Shown here piece by piece: positions 18,793-26,937 of a DNA stretch of 64,000 bases. Location of the stretch: IMG/VR virus record IMGVR_UViG_3300034103_002265, one strand, 5' to 3'. This DNA comes from a virus. Each line of letters opens with the position of its first letter. Positions within the stretch are counted from its first letter, which is position 1. The position numbers were made by a program, and so were the translations under genes. The notes beneath the pieces were generated by a model. It did no database searches and was not told where the DNA came from. It was given only the letters and a program-made list of their open reading frames with translations.

Positions 18793-19821
18793 ATGTCTAA
18801 GAAGTACGGTACACTAGTATATATTGGCAGGTTTCAACCGGTTCATACCGCACATATTGAAACTATTCGTCGTGCCACAGAGTTGGCTCGACAAGTTGTA
18901 ATTATCGTAGGTAGTGCTAACCAACCGCGTACCTACAAGAATCCGTTTACCAGCAAAGAACGGGAAGCCATGTTGATCGGTGCTCTGCGTGGTGTTGGTG
19001 ATCCGACATGTTCAATTCACGTTGACCACAACATCGACACCATTTACAACGATCAGGCTTGGGCTACCCGTGTACAGGGTATCCATAGCAAGTATCGTGT
19101 TCTTGGTACCAAGGATGGCATTATCGGCCATGACAAGGACGAAACCACTTTCTATCTTAAAATGTTCCCGCAATGGGAGCGTGTGGATGTAGAATTGATT
19201 GAGCCACTGAACGCCACTGATATCCGCGACATTTATTTCCGTCGTGATGCTAATCTAAACTTCTTGCGTGGGGTAGTTCCGCAATCTACAATGCAGTTTC
19301 TCAATAGTTTCAAGGAAACACATGCATACGAACAAGTTGTCCGTGAACGTGAATTCATTGCGAATTATCGTAAGCAATATGAAAGTCTGCCCTATCCTCC
19401 AGTATTCGTTACTGTGGATTCAGTAGTGATTCAGAGTGGGCATGTGTTGATGATTCGTCGTCGTAGTGAACCTGGTAAGGGATTGTGGGCATTGCCTGGT
19501 GGATTCCTGAATGCTGCTAGTGACCGTAGTGTACGTGATGCTGCCATTCGTGAACTACGTGAAGAAACTGGCATCAAAGTTCCTGCTCCGGTTTTGACAG
19601 GAAGTATCAAAGATGTTAAAGTTTTTGATGCTGTGGAACGTAGTGCCAGGGGCAGGACAATCACACATGCCTTCAAGATCGTGTTGCCTGATGGCGAACT
19701 GCCTAAGGTCAAGGGACAAGATGATGCTGATCGTGCCCGTTGGGTGCCACTAGTAGATGTTAAGTCAGACGAATGTTTTGAAGATCATTGGGAAATTATT
19801 CAACATTTTGTAGGAGCCTAA
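18793..19821 (+). CDS. nadM: Bifunctional NMN adenylyltransferase / Nudix hydrolase (NadM-Nudix)
   Basis: GRFQPVHTAH nucleotidyltransferase motif and Nudix box GLWALPGGFLNAASDRSVRDAAIRELREETG. Confidence 0.85.
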   Translation: MSKKYGTLVYIGRFQPVHTAHIETIRRATELARQVVIIVGSANQPRTYKNPFTSKEREAMLIGALRGVGDPTCSIHVDHNIDTIYNDQAWATRVQGIHSKYRVLGTKDGIIGHDKDETTFYLKMFPQWERVDVELIEPLNATDIRDIYFRRDANLNFLRGVVPQSTMQFLNSFKETHAYEQVVREREFIANYRKQYESLPYPPVFVTVDSVVIQSGHVLMIRRRSEPGKGLWALPGGFLNAASDRSVRDAAIRELREETGIKVPAPVLTGSIKDVKVFDAVERSARGRTITHAFKIVLPDGELPKVKGQDDADRARWVPLVDVKSDECFEDHWEIIQHFVGA

Positions 19822-19822
19822 A

Positions 19823-20020
19823 ATGAGTGAATATAAGTTTAATTTTGCTGTCAGTGCTGAAATCTCTCCAGAAACAATCAAGGAGATGATCAAGGCTTCT
19901 GTGGAAGAACAAACCGGACGTAAGGTCAGGGATGTGATTTTCAATGTCTCCATGTCTTATGATTATCGTGATGAACCCGGATCTCCGACATTATCTGGTT
20001 GTACTGTTCATTTTGAATAA
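19823..20020 (+). CDS. Hypothetical small protein
   Basis: 65 aa ORF. Confidence 0.35.
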   Translation: MSEYKFNFAVSAEISPETIKEMIKASVEEQTGRKVRDVIFNVSMSYDYRDEPGSPTLSGCTVHFE

Positions 20021-20031
20021 GGAGTATTAAC

Positions 20032-20382
20032 ATGCCATGTAGAGATTATTATGACGATCATCCCCATCAATATTTTAAGGATGTAACTGAACCTGCCCTC
20101 AAGAAGCAAATTGCCTTTGCTGAAAGTGCCCTATGTCAAGCATTGGTAGCATTGGAGCATGTTGACAGTCTAGTAGAAACCTTAAAGCCTAAGACGGGTG
20201 ACTTCTATGATTGGATCAACTACAAGGAAGCGGGTATTACCAAATCTGAGTTAATCAAGTGGCATAAAAATCATCGTAAACTTGATGCCCAGCATAGAGA
20301 ACAAGAACGTATTAAGCAGGTACGAGAATCTGCACTGGCAAAACTCAGTGATGAAGAACGAAAGGTGTTGGGTGTAAAATGA
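20032..20382 (+). CDS. Hypothetical protein
   Basis: 116 aa ORF with RBS aaggag. Confidence 0.45.
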   Translation: MPCRDYYDDHPHQYFKDVTEPALKKQIAFAESALCQALVALEHVDSLVETLKPKTGDFYDWINYKEAGITKSELIKWHKNHRKLDAQHREQERIKQVRESALAKLSDEERKVLGVK

Positions 20383-20639
20383 ACGAACGAATTGAACAAC
20401 TTGCAGTGCGGGCCGGTGCTACCTTAGAAAAAGGATACATTGAATTGTCCGATGGACAATTTATGCTGTCTGACAATATAGACCTAGATAAAACTAACCT
20501 GGATTTGGAAAAGTTCGCCGAATTGATTGTTCGGGAATGTGTCACTACACTAGAACGGCATCATCCCTTTACCAAAGATCCAGAAGCATATTTGTATGCT
20601 ATCTCATTGATTGAGGAACATTTCGGAGTTGAAGAATGA
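20379..20639 (+). CDS. Small protein, paralog 1 of the MNERI...HFGVEE family
   Basis: Shares N-terminal MNERIEQL and C-terminal EHFGVEE with the two following ORFs. Confidence 0.5.
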   Translation: MNERIEQLAVRAGATLEKGYIELSDGQFMLSDNIDLDKTNLDLEKFAELIVRECVTTLERHHPFTKDPEAYLYAISLIEEHFGVEE

Positions 20640-20854
20640 CCAAACTTTCAGATGTTCCGCACGATAAGGTAATAGGCTTGCAGGTAATTAGCTGTAGTAC
20701 AGGTGCCAAAGGCATAGTGACTGAAGCATATAGAGACACCCGCTATATAGAAGATGATATTGATGGTTATTTTGTTCACATTGAGTGGGATAATGGTAAT
20801 ATCAGCAGGCAACGACATTATATGTTAGATCGAGTGGAGGTTATTGAGCAATGA
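20636..20854 (+). CDS. Hypothetical small protein
   Basis: 72 aa ORF between the paralogs. Confidence 0.4.
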   Translation: MTKLSDVPHDKVIGLQVISCSTGAKGIVTEAYRDTRYIEDDIDGYFVHIEWDNGNISRQRHYMLDRVEVIEQ

Positions 20855-21081
20855 ACGAACGAATTAAAGAACTGATTAATCAATGCACCTCCTATAGTGA
20901 TGGCAGCACCTGGACTTCCCGTGAAGAATTTGATAAGGAGAAGTTCGCCGAGCTTATTGTGAAAGAATGTGCCGACATTGCTCTAAAGAGTGGTAGCGTT
21001 ACTAACAAGTCTGCGGTAGCCGTCGCAGAGGCAGATAGGATCTATCACAAGATTAACGAACATTTCGGAGTTGAAGAATGA
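20851..21081 (+). CDS. Small protein, paralog 2 of the MNERI...HFGVEE family
   Basis: MNERIKELINQ...EKFAELIVKECADIA...EHFGVEE. Confidence 0.5.
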   Translation: MNERIKELINQCTSYSDGSTWTSREEFDKEKFAELIVKECADIALKSGSVTNKSAVAVAEADRIYHKINEHFGVEE

Positions 21082-21305
21082 ACGAACGAATTAAAGAATT
21101 CATTGAACAGTCCGGCGCTGGCGATGTTACTCCTCCGGGCTTTCACAAGTATCTAGCAAAATTCGCCGATATGATTGTTCAGGAATGTGTGGACATCATT
21201 CAGCGAGAATCCGAGAAAGCAATTCGCAATAATACTTATATGGGAGATGATGTTCCAGCATCAGTAACTCAATGGGCAATCAAAAAACATTTCGGAGTTG
21301 AATAA
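21078..21305 (+). CDS. Small protein, paralog 3 of the MNERI...HFGVEE family
   Basis: MNERIKEFIEQ...FADMIVQECVDII...HFGVE. Confidence 0.5.
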   Translation: MNERIKEFIEQSGAGDVTPPGFHKYLAKFADMIVQECVDIIQRESEKAIRNNTYMGDDVPASVTQWAIKKHFGVE

Positions 21306-21604
21306 TGGTTAACCCCGTCTTAAAAAGACAACGCAAATTAGAAAGGCGGTTGGCAAGAAAGCGTGAATCAGAAGTCTACTATAGCATAGATGAAATCCGT
21401 GATATCTTATCTAATCAAGATTGTAATTGTGTATTTGAACTAAATGCTCCTGAAAAACTCTTAAATCGCCTAAGCATTTATACTAAAGGTGAATGGTTTT
21501 CAAAAGAACACATAGATCAATTTAGAGAAAGTTTTAAGCAAAGTATCCTTTACTGTCTAAATTTAGGCATTGATCGCATTAATAAATCCGGAGACAAAGA
21601 ATGA
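21305..21604 (+). CDS. Hypothetical protein
   Basis: 99 aa ORF. Confidence 0.4.
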   Translation: MVNPVLKRQRKLERRLARKRESEVYYSIDEIRDILSNQDCNCVFELNAPEKLLNRLSIYTKGEWFSKEHIDQFRESFKQSILYCLNLGIDRINKSGDKE

Positions 21605-21834
21605 ACAGTCTAGTACATCGCAGTCCTCGTAAACGTGCAGAACATAATGACATATATGCCCTATCAAAAGGTGGAATTGGGCAATCTAGAATTCGTGTCT
21701 TTATAACTAGACGAGAAAAAATCAAATCTTGTCAAAAAATGAATGCTAGATATTGGTCTAAGAAAGTACAAAAATTTGTTCAGTATTGGGCGTTTGGAAA
21801 AGGTTCTAAATCAAGGAAAAAAAATGCTAACTAA
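21601..21834 (+). CDS. Hypothetical basic protein
   Basis: 77 aa ORF. Confidence 0.35.
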   Translation: MNSLVHRSPRKRAEHNDIYALSKGGIGQSRIRVFITRREKIKSCQKMNARYWSKKVQKFVQYWAFGKGSKSRKKNAN

Positions 21835-22072
21835 AACTCCTATTACAGTTGGGCGAGAAAGTTGGAGAAGCCGACTTGAATATATTCGCATTGATCAAAA
21901 GTTTTTTGCTGGACTAAAAACTAAACGACACCGTTGGCACACCCGCATTGGCCGTGTTGAAAAATATGGTACAGCCATGTCAAAAAGATATCTATACCAA
22001 AAGCGTTTGGCGGTAATTAAAACATTTCATCGTCAAGCATGGATCAACAAAAATAAGCAGGAAGAATCATGA
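21824..22072 (+). CDS. Hypothetical basic protein
   Basis: Start moved to the ATG at 21824 (RBS aaggaaaaaaaATG) within ORF 21743..22072. Confidence 0.35.
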   Translation: MLTKTPITVGRESWRSRLEYIRIDQKFFAGLKTKRHRWHTRIGRVEKYGTAMSKRYLYQKRLAVIKTFHRQAWINKNKQEES

Positions 22073-22596
22073 CACATTTTACAAATACAGAAAATCCCAT
22101 CGATTTTCCAAAGCCAGCATTGAAACATGCTAAAGGTAATCTACTTGACCTAGCGGAAGCGGGCGAGTTTGACGTTATTATTCACGGCTGTAATTGTTTC
22201 AATACCATGGGTGGAGGTATCGCCCGAGAGATTCGTGAACGATATCCCGAAGTCGCTACAGTTGATTCAAAGACAGTTAGTGGGGACTACAGCAAACTAG
22301 GTAATTGGACTAAAGAAACAGTAATTCGCAAGAATGGTTCAGTCGAGTTTATTGTTTTGAACTGCTATACCCAATATCGTGTAAGTGGTGCCCATGACGT
22401 TTTTGAATACACCGCGTTCCAGTTGATTCTACAAAAATTGGAACACTTGTATGGAAACAGAAGGATAGGCTTGCCGTACATCGGCATGGGCCTAGCCTGC
22501 GGCAACAAGGAAAGAATTATGGCAATGATTGAAGATTTTGCCAACAAGGTTTCGGCTAAAGGGGGAACAACAACTTTAGTCGAATTTGGAGGTTGA
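22069..22596 (+). CDS. Macro domain protein (ADP-ribose binding / hydrolase)
   Basis: VIIHGCNCFNTMGGGIAREI matches the macro-domain ADP-ribose-binding signature (IVNAANxxLxxGGGVxxAI). Confidence 0.7.
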   Translation: MTHFTNTENPIDFPKPALKHAKGNLLDLAEAGEFDVIIHGCNCFNTMGGGIAREIRERYPEVATVDSKTVSGDYSKLGNWTKETVIRKNGSVEFIVLNCYTQYRVSGAHDVFEYTAFQLILQKLEHLYGNRRIGLPYIGMGLACGNKERIMAMIEDFANKVSAKGGTTTLVEFGG

Positions 22597-22597
22597 T

Positions 22598-23059
22598 ATG
22601 AAAATGATTAAGGCACCTGAACCAATGCCTAACGAAGGTATTCGTGTATTTCTTGCCGGATCAATCGAAATGGGTGTCGCTGAACAATGGCAAGAGCGTC
22701 TTGCCAAAATGTTAGAAGACGCCGATTGTGTCTTAGTTAATCCACGCCGTGATGATTGGGACGCATCTTGGGTCCAATCAATCGATAATCCCCAGTTCAA
22801 CGAACAGGTAAATTGGGAACTTTGTGGTTTGGAGAATGCTCATATTGTAGTGTTTTATTTTGATCCAAATACCAAGAGTCCAATTACCTTAATGGAATTG
22901 GGTTACGTGGCAAATATGCCATGCGAAGTTGTTGTATGTTGCCCAGAAGGATTCTGGCGCAAAGGCAATGTTGACATTATCTGTGCTAGATCAGGTATGG
23001 ATACTGTGAATTCTCTTGAAGAAATCGCAGAATATGTCAAAAAGAAGTTGACACAATAA
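22598..23059 (+). CDS. Nucleoside 2-deoxyribosyltransferase-like (Rossmann, DNPH1/Rcl-like) protein
   Basis: VFLAGSIEMG...EL...HIVVFYFD pattern. Start at ATG 22598 after RBS ggagg; the ORF track starts at an upstream TTG. Confidence 0.45.
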   Translation: MKMIKAPEPMPNEGIRVFLAGSIEMGVAEQWQERLAKMLEDADCVLVNPRRDDWDASWVQSIDNPQFNEQVNWELCGLENAHIVVFYFDPNTKSPITLMELGYVANMPCEVVVCCPEGFWRKGNVDIICARSGMDTVNSLEEIAEYVKKKLTQ

Positions 23060-23133
23060 TGGTGTTGTGTTATACTAGAAACAAGTCCTAGTGATAGACA
23101 TTAGGCAATTTAACTGATAAGGAGTTTATCAAA

Positions 23134-24531
23134 ATGAAGTTAGCAAGAAACATTATCCTGAACACAGACTCATACAAGGTCTCCATGTTCAACCAATACC
23201 CACTAGGAACCACTGGTGTTTATTCGTATATCGAAAGTCGAGGGGGTCGATACGATAGAACTGTATTCTTCGGACTACAGGCTTTTATCAAGGAATACCT
23301 GCTTGAGCCCATCACTCAAGCAGACATCGAAATTGCTGAAGAAATTCTTACCGCACACGGTGAGCCCTTTAACCGCCAAGGATGGCAATACATTCTGGAT
23401 AAGCACGGTGGATTTCTCCCAGTTGTTATCCGAGCCGTCCCAGAAGGAACAGTTGTACCGGTTAAGAATGTACTTGCCACAATTGAAAACACTGACCCAG
23501 AATGCTTCTGGCTGACCACTTGGCTAGAAACTGCTCTGCTACGTGCTATTTGGTATCCAACCACTGTAGCAACACAGAGTTGGCATATTCGTCAACTTAT
23601 TCTTAACTATTTGGAGAAGACCGGTGATCCTAGCCTCATTGATTTTAAACTTCATGACTTTGGTGCTCGTGGTGTATCTAGCCTTGAGTCTGCTGGAATC
23701 GGTGGAGCGGCGCATCTCGTTAACTTTATGGGCACGGACACTATTAGTGGCGTCCTGTATGCTCGTGAATATTACAATGCTGGTGTTGCTGGCTTCAGTA
23801 TTCCTGCCGCCGAACACAGTACAATCACTAGTTGGGGTCGTGACGGGGAGGTAAAGGCATATGAAAACATGGTTAAGCAGTTTGGCCGGCCTGGGTCTAT
23901 TTTTGCAGTGGTCAGCGATAGTTATGATATTTACAACGCGGCATCAAAGCTATGGGGTGAAGAACTTCGCCAGAAGGTTATTGATAGTGGCGCTACCCTT
24001 GTCATCCGTCCTGACAGTGGCGATCCTGTTGAGGTAAATAGTAGACTAATCCAAATTTTGGATAGCAAGTTTGGGAGTACGGTAAATGCCAAGGGATTCC
24101 GAGTTCTCAATAACGTCAGGCTTATCCAAGGAGACGGGATCAACTACAACTCTATTAAGAGTATTCTCGATGCTCTTATGGCCCTTGGCTATAGTGCCGA
24201 TAATATCGCTTTTGGTATGGGCGGTGCCTTACTTCAACAAGTGGATCGCGATACTCAAAAGTTTGCTATGAAGGCTAGTTCGGTTTGTATCAATGGTCAG
24301 TGGATTTCAATTGCCAAGGACCCAGTTACTGATCCAGGCAAGAAGAGCAAGGCTGGTCGTGTTACTCTTTGGAAGAGCGGCAGTGAATTGGTCAGTTCTG
24401 CAGAACAACCACATGGTTGGTATGATCGTAGTGTAGGTGAATTCCACGAAGTGCTAGAAACTGTGTTTGAAAACGGTGTATTGGTCAAGGAAATCAACTT
24501 TGATCAAGTCCGTGCAAACAGCAGGAAATGA
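23134..24531 (+). CDS. nadV: Nicotinamide phosphoribosyltransferase (NAMPT / NadV)
   Basis: N-terminal NIILNTDSYKVSMFNQYP; 465 aa, NAMPT-like length; RBS aaggag. Confidence 0.9.
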   Translation: MKLARNIILNTDSYKVSMFNQYPLGTTGVYSYIESRGGRYDRTVFFGLQAFIKEYLLEPITQADIEIAEEILTAHGEPFNRQGWQYILDKHGGFLPVVIRAVPEGTVVPVKNVLATIENTDPECFWLTTWLETALLRAIWYPTTVATQSWHIRQLILNYLEKTGDPSLIDFKLHDFGARGVSSLESAGIGGAAHLVNFMGTDTISGVLYAREYYNAGVAGFSIPAAEHSTITSWGRDGEVKAYENMVKQFGRPGSIFAVVSDSYDIYNAASKLWGEELRQKVIDSGATLVIRPDSGDPVEVNSRLIQILDSKFGSTVNAKGFRVLNNVRLIQGDGINYNSIKSILDALMALGYSADNIAFGMGGALLQQVDRDTQKFAMKASSVCINGQWISIAKDPVTDPGKKSKAGRVTLWKSGSELVSSAEQPHGWYDRSVGEFHEVLETVFENGVLVKEINFDQVRANSRK

Positions 24532-24546
24532 ACTTAAAAAACTAAC

Positions 24547-24576
24547 AAGGGTCTTTACTGACCCTTGTTTTTTAAG
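24547..24576 (+). terminator. Rho-independent terminator
   Basis: aacaagggtc-tttact-gacccttgtt followed by T4, then a TATAAT-like box. Confidence 0.7.
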
Positions 24577-24612
24577 TATAATAATTTGTTACCAACACAC
24601 TGAAAGACATAG

Positions 24613-25689
24613 ATGACTTACTTTCTAAAATCCGGCAACCGTTTTAATGTTAGCACCAAGGAAGCAATGGACCTGCATGATGCTTTACCTGCCGGCAACT
24701 ATACTGTCAAATTTGACAAAATGGCTAACTGCTTCTACCTCGAACAGATCGAAGGATTTGAAATCAAAGGTAAAGTCTACGGTGATACTCGTAAGCGAAC
24801 ACAACGTATTCTCAACACCTTCGATGACCGTACTGCCAGCACCGGTGTCTTGCTAACTGGCGAAAAGGGCAGTGGTAAAACGCTGTTGGCTAAAATGCTT
24901 TCTATTGAAGGCGCCAAGCAAGGTATTCCCACTATCGTTATCAATGCTCCTTGGTGTGGAGATGAGTTCAATGCCTTTATGCAGATGATTGAACAGCCTA
25001 CCATCATCCTCTTCGATGAATTTGAAAAAGTCTACGATCGAGAAGATCAAGAAAAGATGCTGACTCTGCTAGACGGCGTATATCCTAGCAAGAAACTGTT
25101 TGTCTTGACCTGTAATGACAAGTGGCGTGTCAATGAGCATATGCGTAACCGTCCAGGTCGTGTCTACTACATGATGGATTATAAAGGTCTGGAACAAGAC
25201 TTTATCGTCGAATACTGCATGGATAATCTGGATGCTACTGAACACATTCCCAGCATCTGCCGTATCGCTACTCTGTTTGATCAGTTCAACTTTGACATGC
25301 TTAAAGCCATGGTCGAAGAAATGAACCGTTATGATGAAACTCCGCAAGAAGCAATGAAGATGCTGAACACTCGTCCCGAGTTCAGTGGAGAAACCAAATA
25401 TAAGGTCAGTCTACAGATCAAGGGCATTGATATTCCTGAAAAGGATGCTGACAGTGAATGGGTTGGCAATCCGCTTACTCAAAATATCGGTCTTGATTAC
25501 AAAGTTTGGGGATCTTCTACTGAAGAAGGTGTTGATCCCGACTTCGATTGGGAACGGACACATTTTGTTAATTCCGATCTTAAACAAATCGATTCACAAA
25601 CTGGTAAGTTTATTTTCATGAACAAAGATGGCCATCGTTGTGTGTTGCAAAAAGTTCAAGAACGAACTTTTCATTGGGGTGCTTTTTAA
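24613..25689 (+). CDS. AAA+ ATPase
   Basis: Walker A GEKGSGKT and Walker B ILFDEFEK. Confidence 0.6.
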   Translation: MTYFLKSGNRFNVSTKEAMDLHDALPAGNYTVKFDKMANCFYLEQIEGFEIKGKVYGDTRKRTQRILNTFDDRTASTGVLLTGEKGSGKTLLAKMLSIEGAKQGIPTIVINAPWCGDEFNAFMQMIEQPTIILFDEFEKVYDREDQEKMLTLLDGVYPSKKLFVLTCNDKWRVNEHMRNRPGRVYYMMDYKGLEQDFIVEYCMDNLDATEHIPSICRIATLFDQFNFDMLKAMVEEMNRYDETPQEAMKMLNTRPEFSGETKYKVSLQIKGIDIPEKDADSEWVGNPLTQNIGLDYKVWGSSTEEGVDPDFDWERTHFVNSDLKQIDSQTGKFIFMNKDGHRCVLQKVQERTFHWGAF

Positions 25690-25709
25690 GGAATCAGATT
25701 GGAAATACT

Positions 25710-25907
25710 ATGAAATATCAATACCCAAACTTGCCACAGAGCAAAACGAATCCACGTAACGAACCAACGGGTCACTTTACGGGCCGTTGCGGAAAATGCG
25801 GCAGCAATAACCTCTGGGATGATAACCTTACCTACGGTTGCAATAACTGTGGTAAGATTTATTGGCCAGATTCAAATCCAGCACCTCGCTTGGTTAGGAA
25901 CTGGTAA
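25710..25907 (+). CDS. Small zinc-ribbon protein
   Basis: CGKCG...CNNCG. Start at MKYQYPN within ORF 25638..25907. Confidence 0.4.
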   Translation: MKYQYPNLPQSKTNPRNEPTGHFTGRCGKCGSNNLWDDNLTYGCNNCGKIYWPDSNPAPRLVRNW

Positions 25908-25989
25908 ATAAATTTGCGGGGATGGTCCCCGCAACCGACACTCTTTAAATTAACATGGCTTTAGAGTGTAGCCAGTAAAAGGAAAGAAA

Positions 25990-26844
25990 ATGATGTATCA
26001 ATCAAAGATGGTTGCCTCCATTAAAGTAAAAGGCAAAATTCTCCGCGAATTTAAAGATACTGTATATTGCCCATTTGGCGCAGAATATACGATCCTACTT
26101 AAAAACCTCAATACAGTTCGAGCCGTTGTCAATGTATTTGTCGACGGAGAGAATGCCGTTCCTGGCGGATTGGTCATAGACCCGGGTCAATCAATTGACC
26201 TCGAGCGTTGGATTAAAAACGTCAATCTCTCCGAAGGCAATCGTTTCAAGTTTATTGAACGCACTGCTAAAATTGAACAAGGACCCCGTGGCATTAAGGA
26301 AGAGGACGGACTGATTCGCATAGAGTATCAGTTTGAAATTCCTCGACCCATATTTAACTCTCTGCAATATCCTCCAGGAGTTAGAGCAACTAAATCGGGT
26401 AAAAGTGATTATTGCTTGAATAACATATCTGCAAGTTACAATGTGGGAGGAAAACTTCGCAGCGTGGATTGGAGTAAAAACGGTGAGGCAACTATTCATG
26501 CCGCAACCGCTATGGTCAATAACTATTGTGACCAAAACAGTATCCCAACTAGTGCTTCGGTCCACGATGGTATGACTACAATGGACTGGTGTGCTAACGA
26601 GACTGGTATTACTGTGCCCGGCAGCAAGAGTGAACAGAAGTTCCAAACTACTACAGTGGGCGCACTTGATCCTATGGTGTACAACATTGTTCTACGTATC
26701 GTTGGCGATCTTGGACATAACAAACCTGTTGAACAGGCTGTTACAGTCAAACACAAACCTCGATGCGTAACCTGCGGTCACCAAAATAAACATACAGCCA
26801 AATTCTGTAGTGAATGCGGTACTGCTTTGGAAATTTTTGCATAA
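25990..26844 (+). CDS. Hypothetical protein with C-terminal zinc ribbon
   Basis: CVTCG...CSECG at the C-terminus. Confidence 0.4.
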   Translation: MMYQSKMVASIKVKGKILREFKDTVYCPFGAEYTILLKNLNTVRAVVNVFVDGENAVPGGLVIDPGQSIDLERWIKNVNLSEGNRFKFIERTAKIEQGPRGIKEEDGLIRIEYQFEIPRPIFNSLQYPPGVRATKSGKSDYCLNNISASYNVGGKLRSVDWSKNGEATIHAATAMVNNYCDQNSIPTSASVHDGMTTMDWCANETGITVPGSKSEQKFQTTTVGALDPMVYNIVLRIVGDLGHNKPVEQAVTVKHKPRCVTCGHQNKHTAKFCSECGTALEIFA

Positions 26845-26862
26845 GTCTTTTTGAATGAAGTA

Positions 26863-26892
26863 AAGCCGGTTCTTGACAGGGCCGGCTTTTTA
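26863..26892 (+). terminator. Rho-independent terminator overlapping the next promoter
   Basis: agccgg-ttcttgacagg-gccggct followed by T5. Confidence 0.7.
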
Positions 26893-26901
26893 TTGTATAA
26901 T
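26873..26901 (+). promoter_or_regulatory. sigma70-like promoter
   Basis: TTGACA, 17 nt spacer, TATAAT, embedded in the terminator hairpin. Confidence 0.6.
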
Positions 26902-26937
26902 CTATACTGTACACAGACACTACTTGGAAGGTTTCAA

